Shown here: in pieces, positions 32,908 through 46,227 of the stretch
Position numbering within the stretch: position 1 is the first letter of the stretch
How the letters are laid out: the number at the start of each line of letters is the position of its first letter
Assembly: GCA_025558095.1 (NCBI GenBank)
Contig: JAIVFI010000018.1
Coordinates: 62,001 to 126,000 of the forward strand
Origin: Hyaloraphidium curvatum SAG 235-1
Lineage: Eukaryota; Fungi; Monoblepharomycota
Reading direction: 5' to 3'
DNA length: 64,000 nucleotides
The notes under the pieces: generated by a model
Databases searched by the model: none
What the model was told of the DNA's origin: nothing
What the model saw: only the letters and a program-made list of their open reading frames with translations
Made by a program: the position numbers and the translations under genes

Positions 32908-34285
32908 ATGGACGCGGGGCGCGACGGCCCGGGCGGCGAGGGCGCCGAGGGCGGCGGGGGCGGCGGCGGGGACGGCGGCGGCGGCAGGCGGCCGCAGCGG
33001 CGGGCGGCGCGGGCCGCGTGGGGCAGCGGGGGCAGCAGCGGCGGCAGCAGCGCCGAGAGCGGCGGCGACGAGAGCGGCAGCGACGAGCGGCCCGCGCGGC
33101 GGCGCCAACGCGGCCCGCGGCCCGGCGGCCAGCTGGCGGCCGCCGCATTCGGCGGCGTGGAGCAGCCAGGCAACCCGCGGATGGTCACGTCCGAGCTGGG
33201 CACCATGCGCAAGAGGTGGGCGCCCCCCGAACCGGCGGGGCATTTCTCCGCACCGGGGAGCGCCCCGCCCGGCCCGCCTGTCGCGTCCGGCGACTCACTG
33301 CATGTGCCCGCCACCCTGCAGGGCCTGCCAGTACTGCCAGCGCCGCCGCATCCGCTGCTCGGGCGAGTTCCCCTGCGAGCGGTGCCGCCTCCGGTGGGCC
33401 GCGCCAAGGCCGAGCACGTGTTCCGCGCTGACCCCGCCCTCCCTGCTGCTCCCCGTGCGCCGTGTCGGCAGCCGCCGCGAGTGCACGTACGGCCCCGGCA
33501 AGCAGCGGCAGTCCAAGATCGCCCTCGCCATCTCCACCAGCGCGTCGCGCTCGCGCCCGCAGGCCGCGCAGCCGCCGTCCCCGGACCCGCCGCCGCGGCG
33601 CCGCGCCAGCGCACCCTCGCGCGGGATGCCCGACGGCGCGGGGTCGGACGGCTCGTCGCCCGTGGCCAGCGTCGCGCGCGGGCCCTCGTCCGCCCTGGCC
33701 TCCCCGCGCACCGCGTCCCCGCGCCTGGCATCCCCGCGCTCGAGCGACGCCCCGCCCCTCGACCCCCCCGCGCAGTCGCAGCCGCAGCCGCAGCCGCAGC
33801 CGCAGCCGCAGCCGCACGCGCCCCTCCCTCCCATCCGGAACCCGTACCCCTTCCCCGAACCGCAGCAGCCGCAGCCGTACGCCTACCCCCGCCCGCCGCC
33901 GTCCTTCCCCGCGGCGCCCTACCCGCCCTACCAACCCCAGCAGGGCCACTACCCCCCGCAGCAGCACGGCGGCTACCCCCCGCCGCAGCATCCGTACCCC
34001 CCGCAGCCGCAGCCGTACCCCCCGCAACCCTCCTTCCCGCATCCCTACGCCCCCTACGGTCCCCCCGGGCAGGCACCCGGGTACCCCGCGCAGCAGCAGC
34101 CCTACCCCTACCAGTCGTACTACCCGTACGCAGCCGCGCCGCAGCAGGGGTACTATCCGTACCCGGGACCCCCGCAGCAGCACCCGGGCTACCCGGACCA
34201 GCAGCGGCCGCCCCAAGGGGGGCAGGGCGGGCCGGGACCGCCGCTGCCGCCGCTGGCGAGGCTGTTCCCCGGTCCGCCGCCGTGA
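32908..34285 (+). CDS. Zn(II)2Cys6 fungal transcription factor with P/Q/Y-rich C-terminus
   Basis: Intron 33216-33321 plus a second intron near 33393-33470 give RKRACQYCQRRRIRCSGEFPCERCRLRRRECTY. The tail contains LPPIRN and LPPLARL. Confidence 0.88.
33779..33814 (+). repeat. (CAGCCG)6 coding microsatellite encoding poly-QP
   Basis: Direct read of the sequence. Confidence 0.9.
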
Positions 34286-34943
34286 TCTGCACGGCTGGAT
34301 GGTCGAGGACGGGATGAAGGTGGTGGAGAGGGGCTGGACGCGGGCTTAATCCGGTGGAGGCGACGAGGGGTAATTCCTGGCTTCTTGGATAACTAGGTGG
34401 CTCTGAACTTGGCTGCTGGTCTCTTGGCTCCCTCACGTTGCCGTCCATAGGTCCGTCTCTCCCGTTGCTTGCCGGCAGAATGGATGTTTGGGGTCGGGAA
34501 AGCCGCGCGCCACGTCAGCGCCCCGACGGGCAAACAAGCACCCCGCCGCCCAGTTTCGGCCGATTCGTATGCCGGCCGGAGCCGCACATCCGCCTTGCTC
34601 GAGGGCGGGACAACCCGATGGTTCGCAAGGGTCCGAGAGAGACCGAGATGCGCGAGCACCGGCGGCCGGGCCACGGGCAGACCCGCGGCGCTGCTCGATT
34701 TCCCGATTTCCGTCCGAAAACCGGGGCGCACAGACTTTTCTCGGAATCGGGACGCGCGGAACCGGGGCACGCCGAGGTCGGCGCATGTTCGGGATCCGCG
34801 AGTTTGCAGCGGGTGTGGCTTGTGCGTTGCTGGGGATGACAGGCGGCATGCGCGGGCTTTTCGGTCGGCACACTGCCGACCCGCGAGAATCCGAAAGACA
34901 GCACGGGATAACAGTTCAGGCTCTCCACAGGCGGGAACGGAGC

Positions 34944-37900
34944 ATGGCAGACGCGCCGCACGGCGGTGCCGCCCCTCCCGCCGCCGCCCCGCGCGCGGCC
35001 TCCCCCCAGCCGGAAGACCCGCCCCTCCCGTGGCCGCTCTCTTTGCTCGCCGCGTACGTGCCGCCGGCGGCGCGGCCGCTGCTCTCGGAGGCGCGCATCG
35101 GCCTCCGCGCATCGTGGGCCGCCACCCTGCTCCTGCCCGCGGCGCTGCTCCCCTCCCTCCTCGCGCTCGCCCTCCCCTTGCCGGCCGCCCTGGTCGCCAT
35201 CGCCCTCTTTGTCCCGTGGCTCGCGGGCGCGTGGCAGCGCCGCCTTTCCGACCTGTGGACCGCCGCGCGGGCCGCGGCGGGGCGTCAGCTCGCCCGCGAG
35301 GCAAAGTGGGCGGGGCAGGGCGAGACGGCCGAGTGGGCCAACGCGTGGGTGCAGCTGCATTGGGAGAAGGTGGAGCCGTGGGTTTCCGCGCAGGTGCGCC
35401 TGGCCTCCCCGCCTCCTCCGCCCGGGGCAAGACGCTGATCGGGAAAAGGTGACGGCGGTGGCCAACGCGCTGCTGGACGAGAACCGGCCGGCCTTCCTCG
35501 ACGCACTCGAGCTCTCCGAGTTCACCCTCGGCGGGGAAGCCCCCCGGATCGAGTCGATCGCCACGCATGCCGAGCCCGGGGGCGACTTCGTGGTCGGTAC
35601 CCCCTTCGATCCGCGGGAAACACGGCTGACGCACCGCACCGCGCGCGATAGCAATACCGCATCCGCCTCGGCTTCCACCCCCCTCCCACCCCCGGCCCGC
35701 GGATCGTGCTCACGGCGACCGTCGGCCGCGCCGGGCTGCGGCTGCCCGTGCCCGTGCTCGTCAGCGACCTGTCGTTCGGCATCGCGCTGACCGTCCGCGC
35801 GAGGCTCGAGGCGGGGGCGCCGCCCAATGTGCGGACGGTGAACGTGGCGGTGGCGGAGGGGGACGCAAAGGGGGTGGAGGTGGGCTTCGTGCTCCGGCCG
35901 CTCAAGAGCGTCGACCTCCTGGACGTGGGTCCCTCCCCCGCCGCCGCGCAACCCCGGAGGTTGCTGATCGGCACGCTCCCCGGCGGACGAAGCTCCCGGG
36001 CCTGAGGTACTTCATCAACTCGCTCGTGGACACCAACGTGCGCACCCTCCTGGCCCCGCCGGGGGTGACCATCGACGTCGGCGCGCTGCTGGCCCCCGAC
36101 ACCCACGTCAACCGCGGTACCCCCCCCTTCCGCGCGCAATTCGCAGCGCTGATCGTCCGTCCCGCCCGCATCAGATCTCGCCGTCGGCCTCCTCCGCGTG
36201 CGCATCCTCCGCGCGCGCAACCTCGCGGGCGAAGGGTGGCTCGGCGGGCGCGGGGACCCGTACGTGCGCGTGCTGCTGGGCCCGGCGGGGTCGACGAGGG
36301 AGCTGGCGCGGACGAGGTGGATACCCCGATCGTGGGTGTCGCCGTTTCCGTGCGCCGGAAAGGGGCGGGCGGGGCTGACGCGGCGTTGTTTCCCCAAGGG
36401 GGGATCCGGACTGGCTGGAGCTGCACCACGTGCTCGTCCCCGGGGCGGCCTTCTCGTCGCCCGCGGAGGACCTCGGCGATCTCGTGCACTTCGAGGTGCG
36501 GGACCACGCCGACTTTTCGGGGGACAGGCTGGTCGGGGTCACGCAGCCGCTCAGGCTGGGGAAGTGGGCTTCGCTGCTGCCCAAGGCGCCCGCGGCGGAT
36601 GGCAAGGGGAAGGAAGGAGGGGATGCGGAGGTGCAGGGGATCGAGGGGATGGAGGATCCGGGGGAGGAGGAGAGGATGAGGCAGGCTTGGGGCAGTCCGC
36701 TCGGCGGGGACAGCGTGTGGGTTCTCCGGCTTCGCCCGTCGCACATCCCGTGTACTCACCGAGCCCTTGCCTGGTCGACCCACAGCTGGAAGCTCCTGCA
36801 CCGCCCCAACCGCCGCCCCGCGGACCAGTGCGGCCTGCTGCAGCTGCAGCTCGCGTACTTCCCCATCCGCGACACGACCGGCGAGCGGGTCGAGCCGGCG
36901 GCGACCAAAGGCAGCGCGCTCGAGGCCAGCGCGGCGGCGGTGCCGGAGGAGGAAGGCAAGGTGGATCCGAAGGGGGAGATGGAGGCAAAGGAGGCGGTGC
37001 CGGGGGGCCTGAAGGAGGAGGACGGGGACAGGGGGATCAAGGTGGTCGCGGTGCCGGCCGAGACGATGGATGCCGCTGCGCCGGACGGGTTGGAGAGGGG
37101 CGGCGACACGACGCCGGCGCCGTCGCTCAAGGAGGAGCTGGGGATCGCCAAGCCTCCGATCCGTGGGTCCCCCACCTGGCTGGTACCCGGTCTCGGCACC
37201 GCTCACCCCCGCATGTGCACAGACACCGGCATCCTCCGCGTCACCGTCCACCAGGCGCGCAACCTCGACACCGACGGCCCCGACGAGCAGCACCGCAACC
37301 GTTCGGCGGCGCGGTTCCTGTTCGAGGCGGCGCAGAAGGCGGTGGGAGGCGTGGCGGGGCTGATCCTGTCGGGGGCGTTCGCGCCGTACGTGGCGGTGAG
37401 GACCGGGGACGGGAAGGTGGCGTGGAAGAGCGTGAGGAGGAGAAGGACGGTGGATCCGCTGTTCGAGGTGCGCTGCGCTTCGGACGGGGCTTGATGGGAC
37501 CGTTCGTGTGGCTCACCGCGTCCTGCAATGCTTCGCACAGCAAACCTTCGAGCTCTTCGTCGAGGACATCCGCCGCGCCCGGCTCCACTTTGCCGTGCGC
37601 AACGCGACCGACTTTGCCTCGGATCCCGTGGTCGGCGAGTGCACGGTGCGGATCGCCGAGGCGCTGCAGAGGAACCCCCTGGACGACTGGTACACGCTCT
37701 ACAAGTGGGTTGATTGGCCACGTCATTGTTAAGCTTCGGAAGTTTAACTTGGTTGCTGGCATTACGATCCACAGCTGCGACACGGGCGAGCTCCGCCTCA
37801 CCTTCGTCTTCCTCCCGATCGACCTGCGCCGGCTCATGCACCAGGTGCACAAGGTCCGCCGCAACGTGAGGCTCGGTAGGCCCGCCAACGCCGACACGGA

Positions 37901-39652
37901 TTCTGTCTCCGTGAGCTCGGATAACTCGGAGTCGGAGGCCTCGTCGGAACCGCCGCAGCCCGACATGCCCCGCGCCGAACCCGGCGAGCCGCGCCTCTTC
38001 CCCGCCGGCATCCGCGCGGGCGCCGGCAACCCGCGGCTGTACATCACCCTGCACTCTGTTCGCAACCTCCCCTCCTCGGTCGACGCCTACGTCCTGGCCT
38101 CGATCGCCGCCGGCGCCAACGACCCCGAGCCCGTGCCCGTGTTCCGCACCAAGGCCGCCATCCAGGACCCCGACCCCGAGTTCGACGACCGGTTCGACCT
38201 GGACATCGACGACTGGATGCCGCGCGACGCGAGGATGGTGTTCGAGGTGCGCGACCGCAGGGACGGGGTGGACCCGACGGACGACCCCGTGGTCGGCCGC
38301 GCGCACGTGGGCCTCGCGCAGCTCAGGCCCAACGTGATGAAGGAGGCTTGGCTCCCGATCAGGACCGTGGAGGGGGGATGGGAGCTGGACCGGGATGCGG
38401 GAGTCAGGGTGGCGCTGCTGCTGAGGCCGGACGATAGCCTCGGGGACTTTCGCGTCGAAGAGGACCGCGGCAGGGTGGCGATCCCGCCGGAGCTGGCGGA
38501 GCGGCCGAGGCCAAGCATGGAGGAGAAGAGGCTCGAGAAGCTGGAGGGCGGCGGGAACGGGATCAGGGCAGGCGTCAAGGACCTCGGGCAGAAGGTTGGC
38601 CGGACCTTCAAGTCGTTGGGTGGGTGGGACTTCTATCGTCAAGGATTGCACATCACTGACGACATGGATCCGTTCCCACAGCGAGGACGCCAGTCAACCT
38701 CGTGACGTCGCCCAAGCGCGCCCACGATGCCCCTGCGGAGCCCAATCCCGACTTCAGCGATCCCACGGCCGAACCGGGCAGCCTGCTCCACTACGCTCCG
38801 CCGACCAAGCTCCACCGGGCCAAAACGGCGGTCGGCAAGTCCGGCATCGGTGCGGAGATCATGTATTGGATCAATTTCCTCGGACGCGGCGTCGTCAGGC
38901 CCAAGCACATGGTCGGAGGCGTGCTGCGCATGAGGCTGGTGTCGGTCACGTCGCCGGACGGCAAGTTCGACCAGAGTGGGTCTCCCGCAGCCGCTCATGC
39001 AACTGTATTGCTTACTCGACATGCTCATCCAGCGATCCGGATCGTCAGGCCGCAGCATACCTTCACCAAATCCGCGATTCCCGTCAACAACATGCTCGCG
39101 CCCAACGGGGCCGTCGAGCTCCCTCTGGGCCCCTCGGAAGCCGCCAAGTTCTCCATCCAGCTCTTTGGCCACGGAGGCGTGCTCTCGCTGGGCGGCAAGA
39201 CCTTGAACGTGGACCTGGACATGCGCGAGATCTTGCGGACCCGCGGAAACGGCTGGACCGAGGGCGACGAGGGATCCGTGTGGCACGACGTGGTCGCCAT
39301 CGCCGTCAACCCCGAGGACGGAACGGCGGGCGCCGCGGAGACGGTGGTGGCGCCGAACAGGGTGGATGTCACGCTGGACGTCGAGTTCCGGGCCGTGGCC
39401 GACGAGGGCAGGCTCAAGAGGATCTTCCAGATCACCGAGACCCGGACCCGCGACCCGCTCATTGCCATCAGCTCGACCGCAGCTCAGAGCGTCGCCCCGA
39501 GCGCACCAAGAGCGGGAAACGTGGCGGCAGATTCTCCTTTGGCGATGCTGACCACCGTCCAGCCGGCGCCGACAGTCCCGGCCGATGTGACTCTGCAGAA
39601 CGCGCTCGAGCACCAGGAACTGGAGAACGAACGATACCCTCCCGAGATCTGA
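34944..39652 (+). CDS. Tricalbin / extended synaptotagmin (TM hairpin + SMP + multiple C2 domains), many introns
   Basis: SMP start GETAEWANAWVQLHW, LSEFTLGGEAPRI. C2 domains: VRILRARNL..GDPYVRV, GILRVTVHQARNL..PYVAV, LYITLHSVRNL..DAYV. An intron near 38620-38680 links to ORF 38702..39652. Confidence 0.85.
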
Positions 39653-39731
39653 TCATGCCGATGGATGGAGATGGGATCTTCTTCGAGCTAAATAGCAGTC
39701 TACTCATCTCAAATACCAGACATAAGCGTGC

Positions 39732-42022
39732 TCACTCGCCGCCTTCGCCCTTCTTGTACTGATCGTCGTTGCCCTCGCCCTCCGGAGGTGCGGCGCCGTC
39801 GCCGCCCCCGGCATTGTCATTTTCGGCCGCCGGCGCCTCGGGCTCCCCGCCCCTGGCGGCGTCCTTCGGGTCCTCGGGCACCGTGTCGCGCTCCAGCGAC
39901 TTGACCTTGTCCTTCGGGATGCCGTGGTACTGCCACAGGCTGTCGTACCAGATGTGGCCCAGTTTGCGGAGCACCAGGCGCTCGGCCCTGGTGAGATGCG
40001 TGAGCTTCTGCGAGGGCGAGTCGATGTAGATGCAAGCGATGTTGTCTTCGTAGAGCTCCCAGCGCGCCGGCTCCAGCGTCCAGACCTGAATGGTGTTGTC
40101 GCGATAAGCAACGGCAGCGGCATACGTAGAAACAGACAACCCACCTCGAACTGCGCCACGGGCCCGCCCAGGCTCCCGACGAACTTGTCCCGCAGGATGC
40201 CGCCGTTGAACCACATAATGGCCCTGCCCGACGAATCCGGGTGCGCAAGCTGCAGCGCGCACACCCTCTTCTTGTTCTTGTTGTTCTCGGAACCCTTCTT
40301 GACCACCATCTGGCCCGTCCGCAGCGCCTTGGTCGGGTCCATGTCCCCGGGAAGCAACTGCCCCATGGCCCCGGCGCGGTGCGGCGAGAACGCGTAGCCC
40401 CAGTCGCCCACCATCTCGAAGCCGGCCCAGAACGTCTCCTTGTCCCCATGGAATTTCCGATAGACGATCTTGTCCCGCGTCCGCTTCTCGTTGAGCTTGC
40501 ACACGCCCAAGAGACCCCACCAGTGCCGGACCTTGTCGATGACCACCACGCCGGACTCCATGTAGTGCACGGTCTCTTGGGTGAACATGCCGTTGCGCAG
40601 CATTTCGGGGGAGTAGGGCTCGGGGAGGAAGGATTTGAGGAAGTTGGAGTGGGACTCGTCGCCGCCAAACATGGAGCGGCGGTCCCAGTAGAAAAGCGTG
40701 CCCGTCCTCTGGTAGGTCGGATCGTTGTAGAGGTCCTCTGGGTTCTGGAGGAAGACGACGTCTGGGACCGTGGTGATCAGTTGGACTGACGATGGCGGCG
40801 GCAGTTTAAGCTCACCGGCGTCCATAAAGATGACCTCGCGGAAGCCGCTGGCCATAATCGCAAACGGCTTCACGTCCCACCCTTCGAGAATGACAATGCT
40901 GTTGTCAAACACCTGGGTAATGTCTCGGGTGACGACTCCAGGGAAGGAGGTGAGCTATCGAAGTTGGCAAGACGCACACAGCAGAGTTAGAGGCCAAAGA
41001 ACGGAGCACAGGACGCCAGACGAAGCTCACCACGCCGCGCTCCTTTTCGCTCAGATCCCGCTCGCCGATGTACCACACCTCGATCGGGATCTTGGTCTTC
41101 ATAATCTCCCGAAGGCTGCGGATGAGGAACACCGCCTGCTTGACGTGCCCGTTGCCGACGCACATGACGATGCCCCTCCCGCCGTAGCTGAAGGACTGCA
41201 CGAGCGCCTGCACCGACGGGTGGTAGGGCCTGAGCCACGGGAACAGGATGTTCTCCAAGACGCGCGTGGCGCGGAGGAAAGGGTCCAGGAGCGGGGAGGA
41301 GAAGAGGGTTTCCGGGATGTCGGTCGGGGTGGAGGGGGTAGAGAGGTAGCCGCGGATGGATTCTGCGACGGCGTAGAGCTGGAAGAAGCGCCGGATCTTG
41401 CGCGTCATGGACTTGAGGTCGTCGGGATCCAGCTTCTCCGTCAGGTCCTTCTTGTCCTCGTCCGTAAGGTGCAGGGAGTTTTCGGTGATGGGGGAGGATA
41501 TTTGGGGGATAGGCATGGCGACGGGAGGCACCGAGTACGGCGCCGGAGGGGCAGGGAGGTGGATGACGATGTTCTGGGTGGAACGGAATGGGTCAGCCTT
41601 CAACATGAAGATTTCCGATACGATACAGCAAAAAGACTCACCCCAAATTCCTTGGTAATGCCGGCATCCTCCCAGCCCACGTCCACGGTGATGTGGGTCT
41701 TGCCGTCGGACCCCACGACGGCACCCCCGGCGTCCCCCGCCCCTTTTCTCGGTTTCGGCGGCTTCATCCCACCCTCAACGCGCACCTCGGTCGTCTCCAT
41801 GCCATAGAACCAGTACCAAAGCCCAAGGATCGCGACGGCCGCGACCGCGATCCTCTTCCACCCGCCGAACCGCCGCCAGCGCGACGGCGACAGCGCGAGG
41901 CCGCTGCCTCCGGTCCGCAGGTCCCGCGCATATTCGCGCTCTCTCTCCTTTTCGCGTTCCCGGTCGCGGTGGTACCGCGCGGCCTCGGTGTCGTGAGCCG
42001 GCGAACGGTCCAGCAGAGACAT
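39732..42022 (-). CDS. Alpha-mannosyltransferase, GT71 (MNN1/MNN2-like), type II Golgi protein
   Basis: TM IAVAAVAILGLWYWFY; GRGIVMCVG, PIEVWY, GWDVKPFAIMASGFREVIFMDA|D (DxD), TGTLFYWDR, MESGVVVIDK, HGDKETFW. Confidence 0.92.
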
Positions 42023-42508
42023 TATCCAGTGCCGCCGCCTTCACCGGCAGCGAGGGTCCAGTCTCCCAATAAATAGCTCAGCAGCAGATTCGCCGGCCGG
42101 CGCAGACCGCTCTGGCCGGGGAAGCGGCCTCCGCGCGGCCTGGTCGCGGCGCCCGTCCGCACCCGTGGGGGCGCGCCGCGGTCCTGCGCCGCCGCGTCGT
42201 CCTATTGCCGCCGCGGCTCTGTGCGTTACCGACGCAAATGCATTCGCGGAACGGGCGGCCGGGGCTTGGATTCCGGGGAGGCCCTCGGCGAACCGGGCAA
42301 GAGCGGGGCCCAACGCAGCGCTGCCACGAAGCCCAAAACACATCGCCCTTTGAGCGACCGCCGATCACATCCAGTACATCAGCGGAGCGAGAAGAGTGCT
42401 AGCAAGCCGGAAAGAACTACCAAGTCAAGTCTACGGACGAAACAAGTGGATGACCTCGTTACAGATGAAGCGAAATACATGCGTCCTAGAAGCTAAACAT
42501 CTCACACC

Positions 42509-44817
42509 TCACACCCTCGACTTGACAACGAAGTAGCTCGCCGCGGCGACGGCGGCGATGAGCACCAGGCCCGGCGCCGAGGTCAGGAAGGGACCCTTGG
42601 GCTTGACGTTGCGCGAGGGGCCGGTCCACTTCATCACGAACTTGAGCAGGTCGATGATTTTGGGGTTGTACGGGGGTCCGAGGCTGTCGAGCTGGCCCTT
42701 GCGGGAGCTGGACTGCACGCACGCCTTGTGGTGCTGAAAACGCGGGCGGAGTCAGGCCGGGCAAGTAGAGGGCGGCGGCAAAGCGGCTCACCGAGAAGGT
42801 GTCGAAGCCCCACTTGCCGTGGTAGTACCCGAGGCCCGAGTTGCCGACGCCGCCGAAGGGCAGGTTGAAGTTGGACACTTGCACGATGCAGTTGTTGGCA
42901 ACGAAGCCGCCGCTGTGCGTGTTGTTGCGGACCTGGTCGATGACCTTCTTGCTCTTGGCAAAGACGTAGGCCGCCAGCGGGTGCTCGCCCGCGTTGACGT
43001 ACGCGAGGCCCTCCTCGATCGAGTTGATCTTGATGAAGGGCAGGATGGGGCCGAAGCTGTACAAAGGGTCAGCACGCCGCCGCACACGGAGACCGCAATT
43101 GACCCACATCTCGTCCTGCATGATAGGCCCGTCGAACTTGACGCCCGTCAGGATGGTGGGCTCGATGAAGCGGTCGGCCTCCTTGCCCGAGCCGCCCGTG
43201 GCCACCACGGTACCGGCGGTCGCCTTCTGCTTCTCCATGACGTCCATGAGGCGCTTCCAGTGGCGGGTGTTGACGATGCGGGCGTAGTCGGGGGACGAGG
43301 CCACATCGCCCTTGTAGTTGGCCTTGATCTTCTCGACCATGGCGGCAACGAGCTTGTCGTGCACGTCGGCGTGGGCCATGACGTAGTCGGGGGCGATGCA
43401 GGTCTGGCCGTTGTTGAAGAGCTTGGTGAAGACCAGGCGGGAGGCGGTGACGTCGATGTCGGCCGACTTGTCGACAAAGACGGGCGACTTGCCGCCGAGC
43501 TCGAGGAGGACGGGGGTCAGGTTCTTGGCGGCGGCCGACATGACGATCTTGCCGACGGCGGTGTTGCCGGTGTCTTTCGGGAACGTCAGCGGCGGCCGCA
43601 GGCCAAGAATGCCGACGGCAACCCACAGGTGATGTGGTCCCAGCGCAACTCGAGCAGCTTCGAGGTCTCGGCCACGGCGCCGTTCACAACCTTGACCGCC
43701 TCGGGGTCAAGGTACTTGGGCACGAGCTCGGCGATGAGCGCGGCGGCGTTCGGGGTCATCTCGCTGGGCTTCAGCACGGCGGTGTTGCCCGCGGCGATGG
43801 CGCCGATGAGGGGCGAAAAGATCAGGTTGACGGGGTAGTTGAAAGGAGCTGCGCGGCAGGGTCGTCAGACGTCCGCCCGGAGCCTCGCCCAGACGCCGCA
43901 GCCGCACCGATGATCAGGCAGAGGCCGTAAGGCTCCTTCTGGACGAAAGCCTTGTCCCCGAACCACGACGAGTGGTCCTCCGGCGCCATCCACTTCTCAA
44001 GGTGCTTCAGGGTGTCCGCAGCCTCGGTGGAGGTGCCCATGACCTCGCCGGCCTGACCCGAAACATGTCAGTACGCCCGCGGCAGCTTAGGCTAAATCTG
44101 GGACGCACCCAGGCCTCCAGAGTGGGCTTGTTGAAGTCCTTGGCGAGCGCGGCGACGATCCGGTCAGCCTCCTAATCGTGCCAAGGGCAATCCGGTGAGA
44201 ATCGGCGGGACATCGGGGGCTCGGGACGGCTCCCACGGACCTTGGTGATCATGTCGTAGATCCCGAGGAGCTGGGTCTTGCGCCTGCAAAGCCGGGCAGT
44301 CAGCACACGTCGTGGATACTCCGCACGGCCGGCGGCGGGGCCATCGGCAGGAAGAGGCCGCCGCCGCCGGGCCCGGAGAGGTTCCCGAACCCCACCATTC
44401 CACGGTCTTCGTCCGGCCATCCTTGAAGGCGGCGCGGGCAGCCTCCACTGCGAAACGAAGCGGACGGGTTAGAAAAGTGTACCGGAGGAAGTAGGGCGAG
44501 GCAGGAGCGTACCGAGCTGTTGGTCCGGGCGGTCAACAACGGGTCGGCGTCGGGTATTCGGCAGAGCGCGAGGGCAGAGATCGCGCGGGCGGGGAGCGAA
44601 TCGCGGCCGGCGGGCGCGAAACCGTCGGCAAAGCGAGGAGTTTGGCCAGGCATTGGTAGGAGAACGGCCAGCACGTCGGCAGCACGAGAGGGAAGCGGGC
44701 GACGAGTGAGAACGGTGTCCACGGCGCCCGGCACGCGGCAGCCGCAGGAACAGGCCCGGACTCTGCGATGCGCACCTTAGGAATCTCCTCAATGGGGGTC
44801 GCAACGAAGTCGGCCAT
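42509..44817 (-). CDS. Aldehyde dehydrogenase, ALDH3/fatty aldehyde dehydrogenase type, C-terminal TM anchor
   Basis: KEPYGLCLII|APFNYP, LKPSE, YTGN, LELGGKSP, NGQTCIAPDY, FGPILP, PFGGVGNSGLGYYHGKWGFDTFS; C-terminal hydrophobic helix; includes a 4-nt exon at 44513-44516. Confidence 0.95.
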
Positions 44818-45023
44818 AGTTGCGGCGGCTTGCGCGGACAAAGGTGCGACGCTCGCCGGAGAAATCGAGTTTCCCGAGCACATGGCGCAGCAGCGTGCCC
44901 AGAACCTCGCGATCGGGTTGAACCGCCAATCGCAAGTGCCATTCACTCGACGAGCATGCCCCTAAACATCGCTAAATGCGCGACTTGACGCAGAGACGAG
45001 AAACGTTGAATCGTGTACGCCAC

Positions 45024-46148
45024 TTACACCTCCCCGTACAGCGCTCTCCATGCCACCACCGTCTCGGCATCCTTGCCGTACCACGCTTTCGACCTTGCCC
45101 TAGTGTAGTTCAGCGTGCTGCACCCTTGGGGAGCGGCACCCGGCTTGGGTGGCTTCACCCGCAGCGCGGGATACGCCCCCGGATCGACCAACAGCGAGGC
45201 GTTCCCGCATTCCAGGCCGTTGATCCAGATTCCGGTCCGAGACGGCGGTCTACCCTTGAAGTTGGGGCACATCCGCCGCATATTGACCCACGGAACGTCG
45301 TAGCCTGCGGCGTAACCCTCCACGGGACCCAGGCAGTCAGCAGGTCGGAGCACGGGCCCGGTGCCAACCCAAGCCTCGGCAAAAAATCGTCCCAACCCGA
45401 GGAAGAGACCGCTGCAGGAGCCCGCGCCGCTTTCCGAGGCGAAGCCCTGCAGCTGCGCGAAGATTCCCGGCTCCTCCACCCGCGCGGGATCGATGAGCCC
45501 CGCGATGTACCCGCAACGGGCCCACCAGAAGTTGCCCGGGACATGCAGGTAGGGATACGGGCTGATCCGCATGCCGCACAGGTCGTACCCCTCTCGGAGG
45601 AGCTCCAGGCAGCCCGCGCCGCGCGGGCCCGACCCCAGCACGGCGCAATCGAGGGCCTCGCGGAATGCGAGATTGTACTCCTGCTGGTGGTGTGAACCCT
45701 TGTTGTGATAGTACACCACGATGCCCTCCCGGTCTCGGCGGCAGTGTTCCCAGAGGTGGTGCAGCGTCGCCACCTCGTCGCCCCGTGTCCGCTGCTCCAG
45801 CTTGACCAGTTTCCCGGACCAGGCCGGCGACCCGCTCGTCGCGTTCGCCAGGTCGAACGGCGCGCCCGAAGGTACGATGGCCACGTATCGGATCGAGGAC
45901 AGGTGCTGCAGCAGCCGGAAGCGTTCGACGGCCTCCAACTGCACCCTCGTGACGTTCATAGCCCACTCGTTCGGCATGTAAACATTGTAAAACGCGACCG
46001 CGCGCCGCGGGGGACGCGTCGACGGAGCGGAGGGCGGGCCGGGGCCGGGCGGTTGCAGGAGCAGTCCGACCGTGACCAGGAGGCCCAGCGCCATCGGTAG
46101 GGCCAAGAACAGCGCCGCTGCTGGCGCGAAACGCGACGCTAGGGACAT
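45024..46148 (-). CDS. Uncharacterised type II membrane/secreted protein with YxHxKG ... HxxGNFWWA motifs (putative glycan-modifying enzyme)
   Basis: Intronless ORF; N-terminal TM; EVATLHHLWEHC, VVYYHNKGS, HVPGNFWWARCGYIAGL, RFFAEAWVG. Confidence 0.7.
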   Translation of the reverse strand: MSLASRFAPAAALFLALPMALGLLVTVGLLLQPPGPGPPSAPSTRPPRRAVAFYNVYMPNEWAMNVTRVQLEAVERFRLLQHLSSIRYVAIVPSGAPFDLANATSGSPAWSGKLVKLEQRTRGDEVATLHHLWEHCRRDREGIVVYYHNKGSHHQQEYNLAFREALDCAVLGSGPRGAGCLELLREGYDLCGMRISPYPYLHVPGNFWWARCGYIAGLIDPARVEEPGIFAQLQGFASESGAGSCSGLFLGLGRFFAEAWVGTGPVLRPADCLGPVEGYAAGYDVPWVNMRRMCPNFKGRPPSRTGIWINGLECGNASLLVDPGAYPALRVKPPKPGAAPQGCSTLNYTRARSKAWYGKDAETVVAWRALYGEV

Positions 46149-46227
46149 GCGGCTGGCTGGCGCGGAACGGCTCGTCTCAAAAGGCGTGCCAGCCGGCCCC
46201 CGCCCAGCGATAATGAGCGACATCAAT

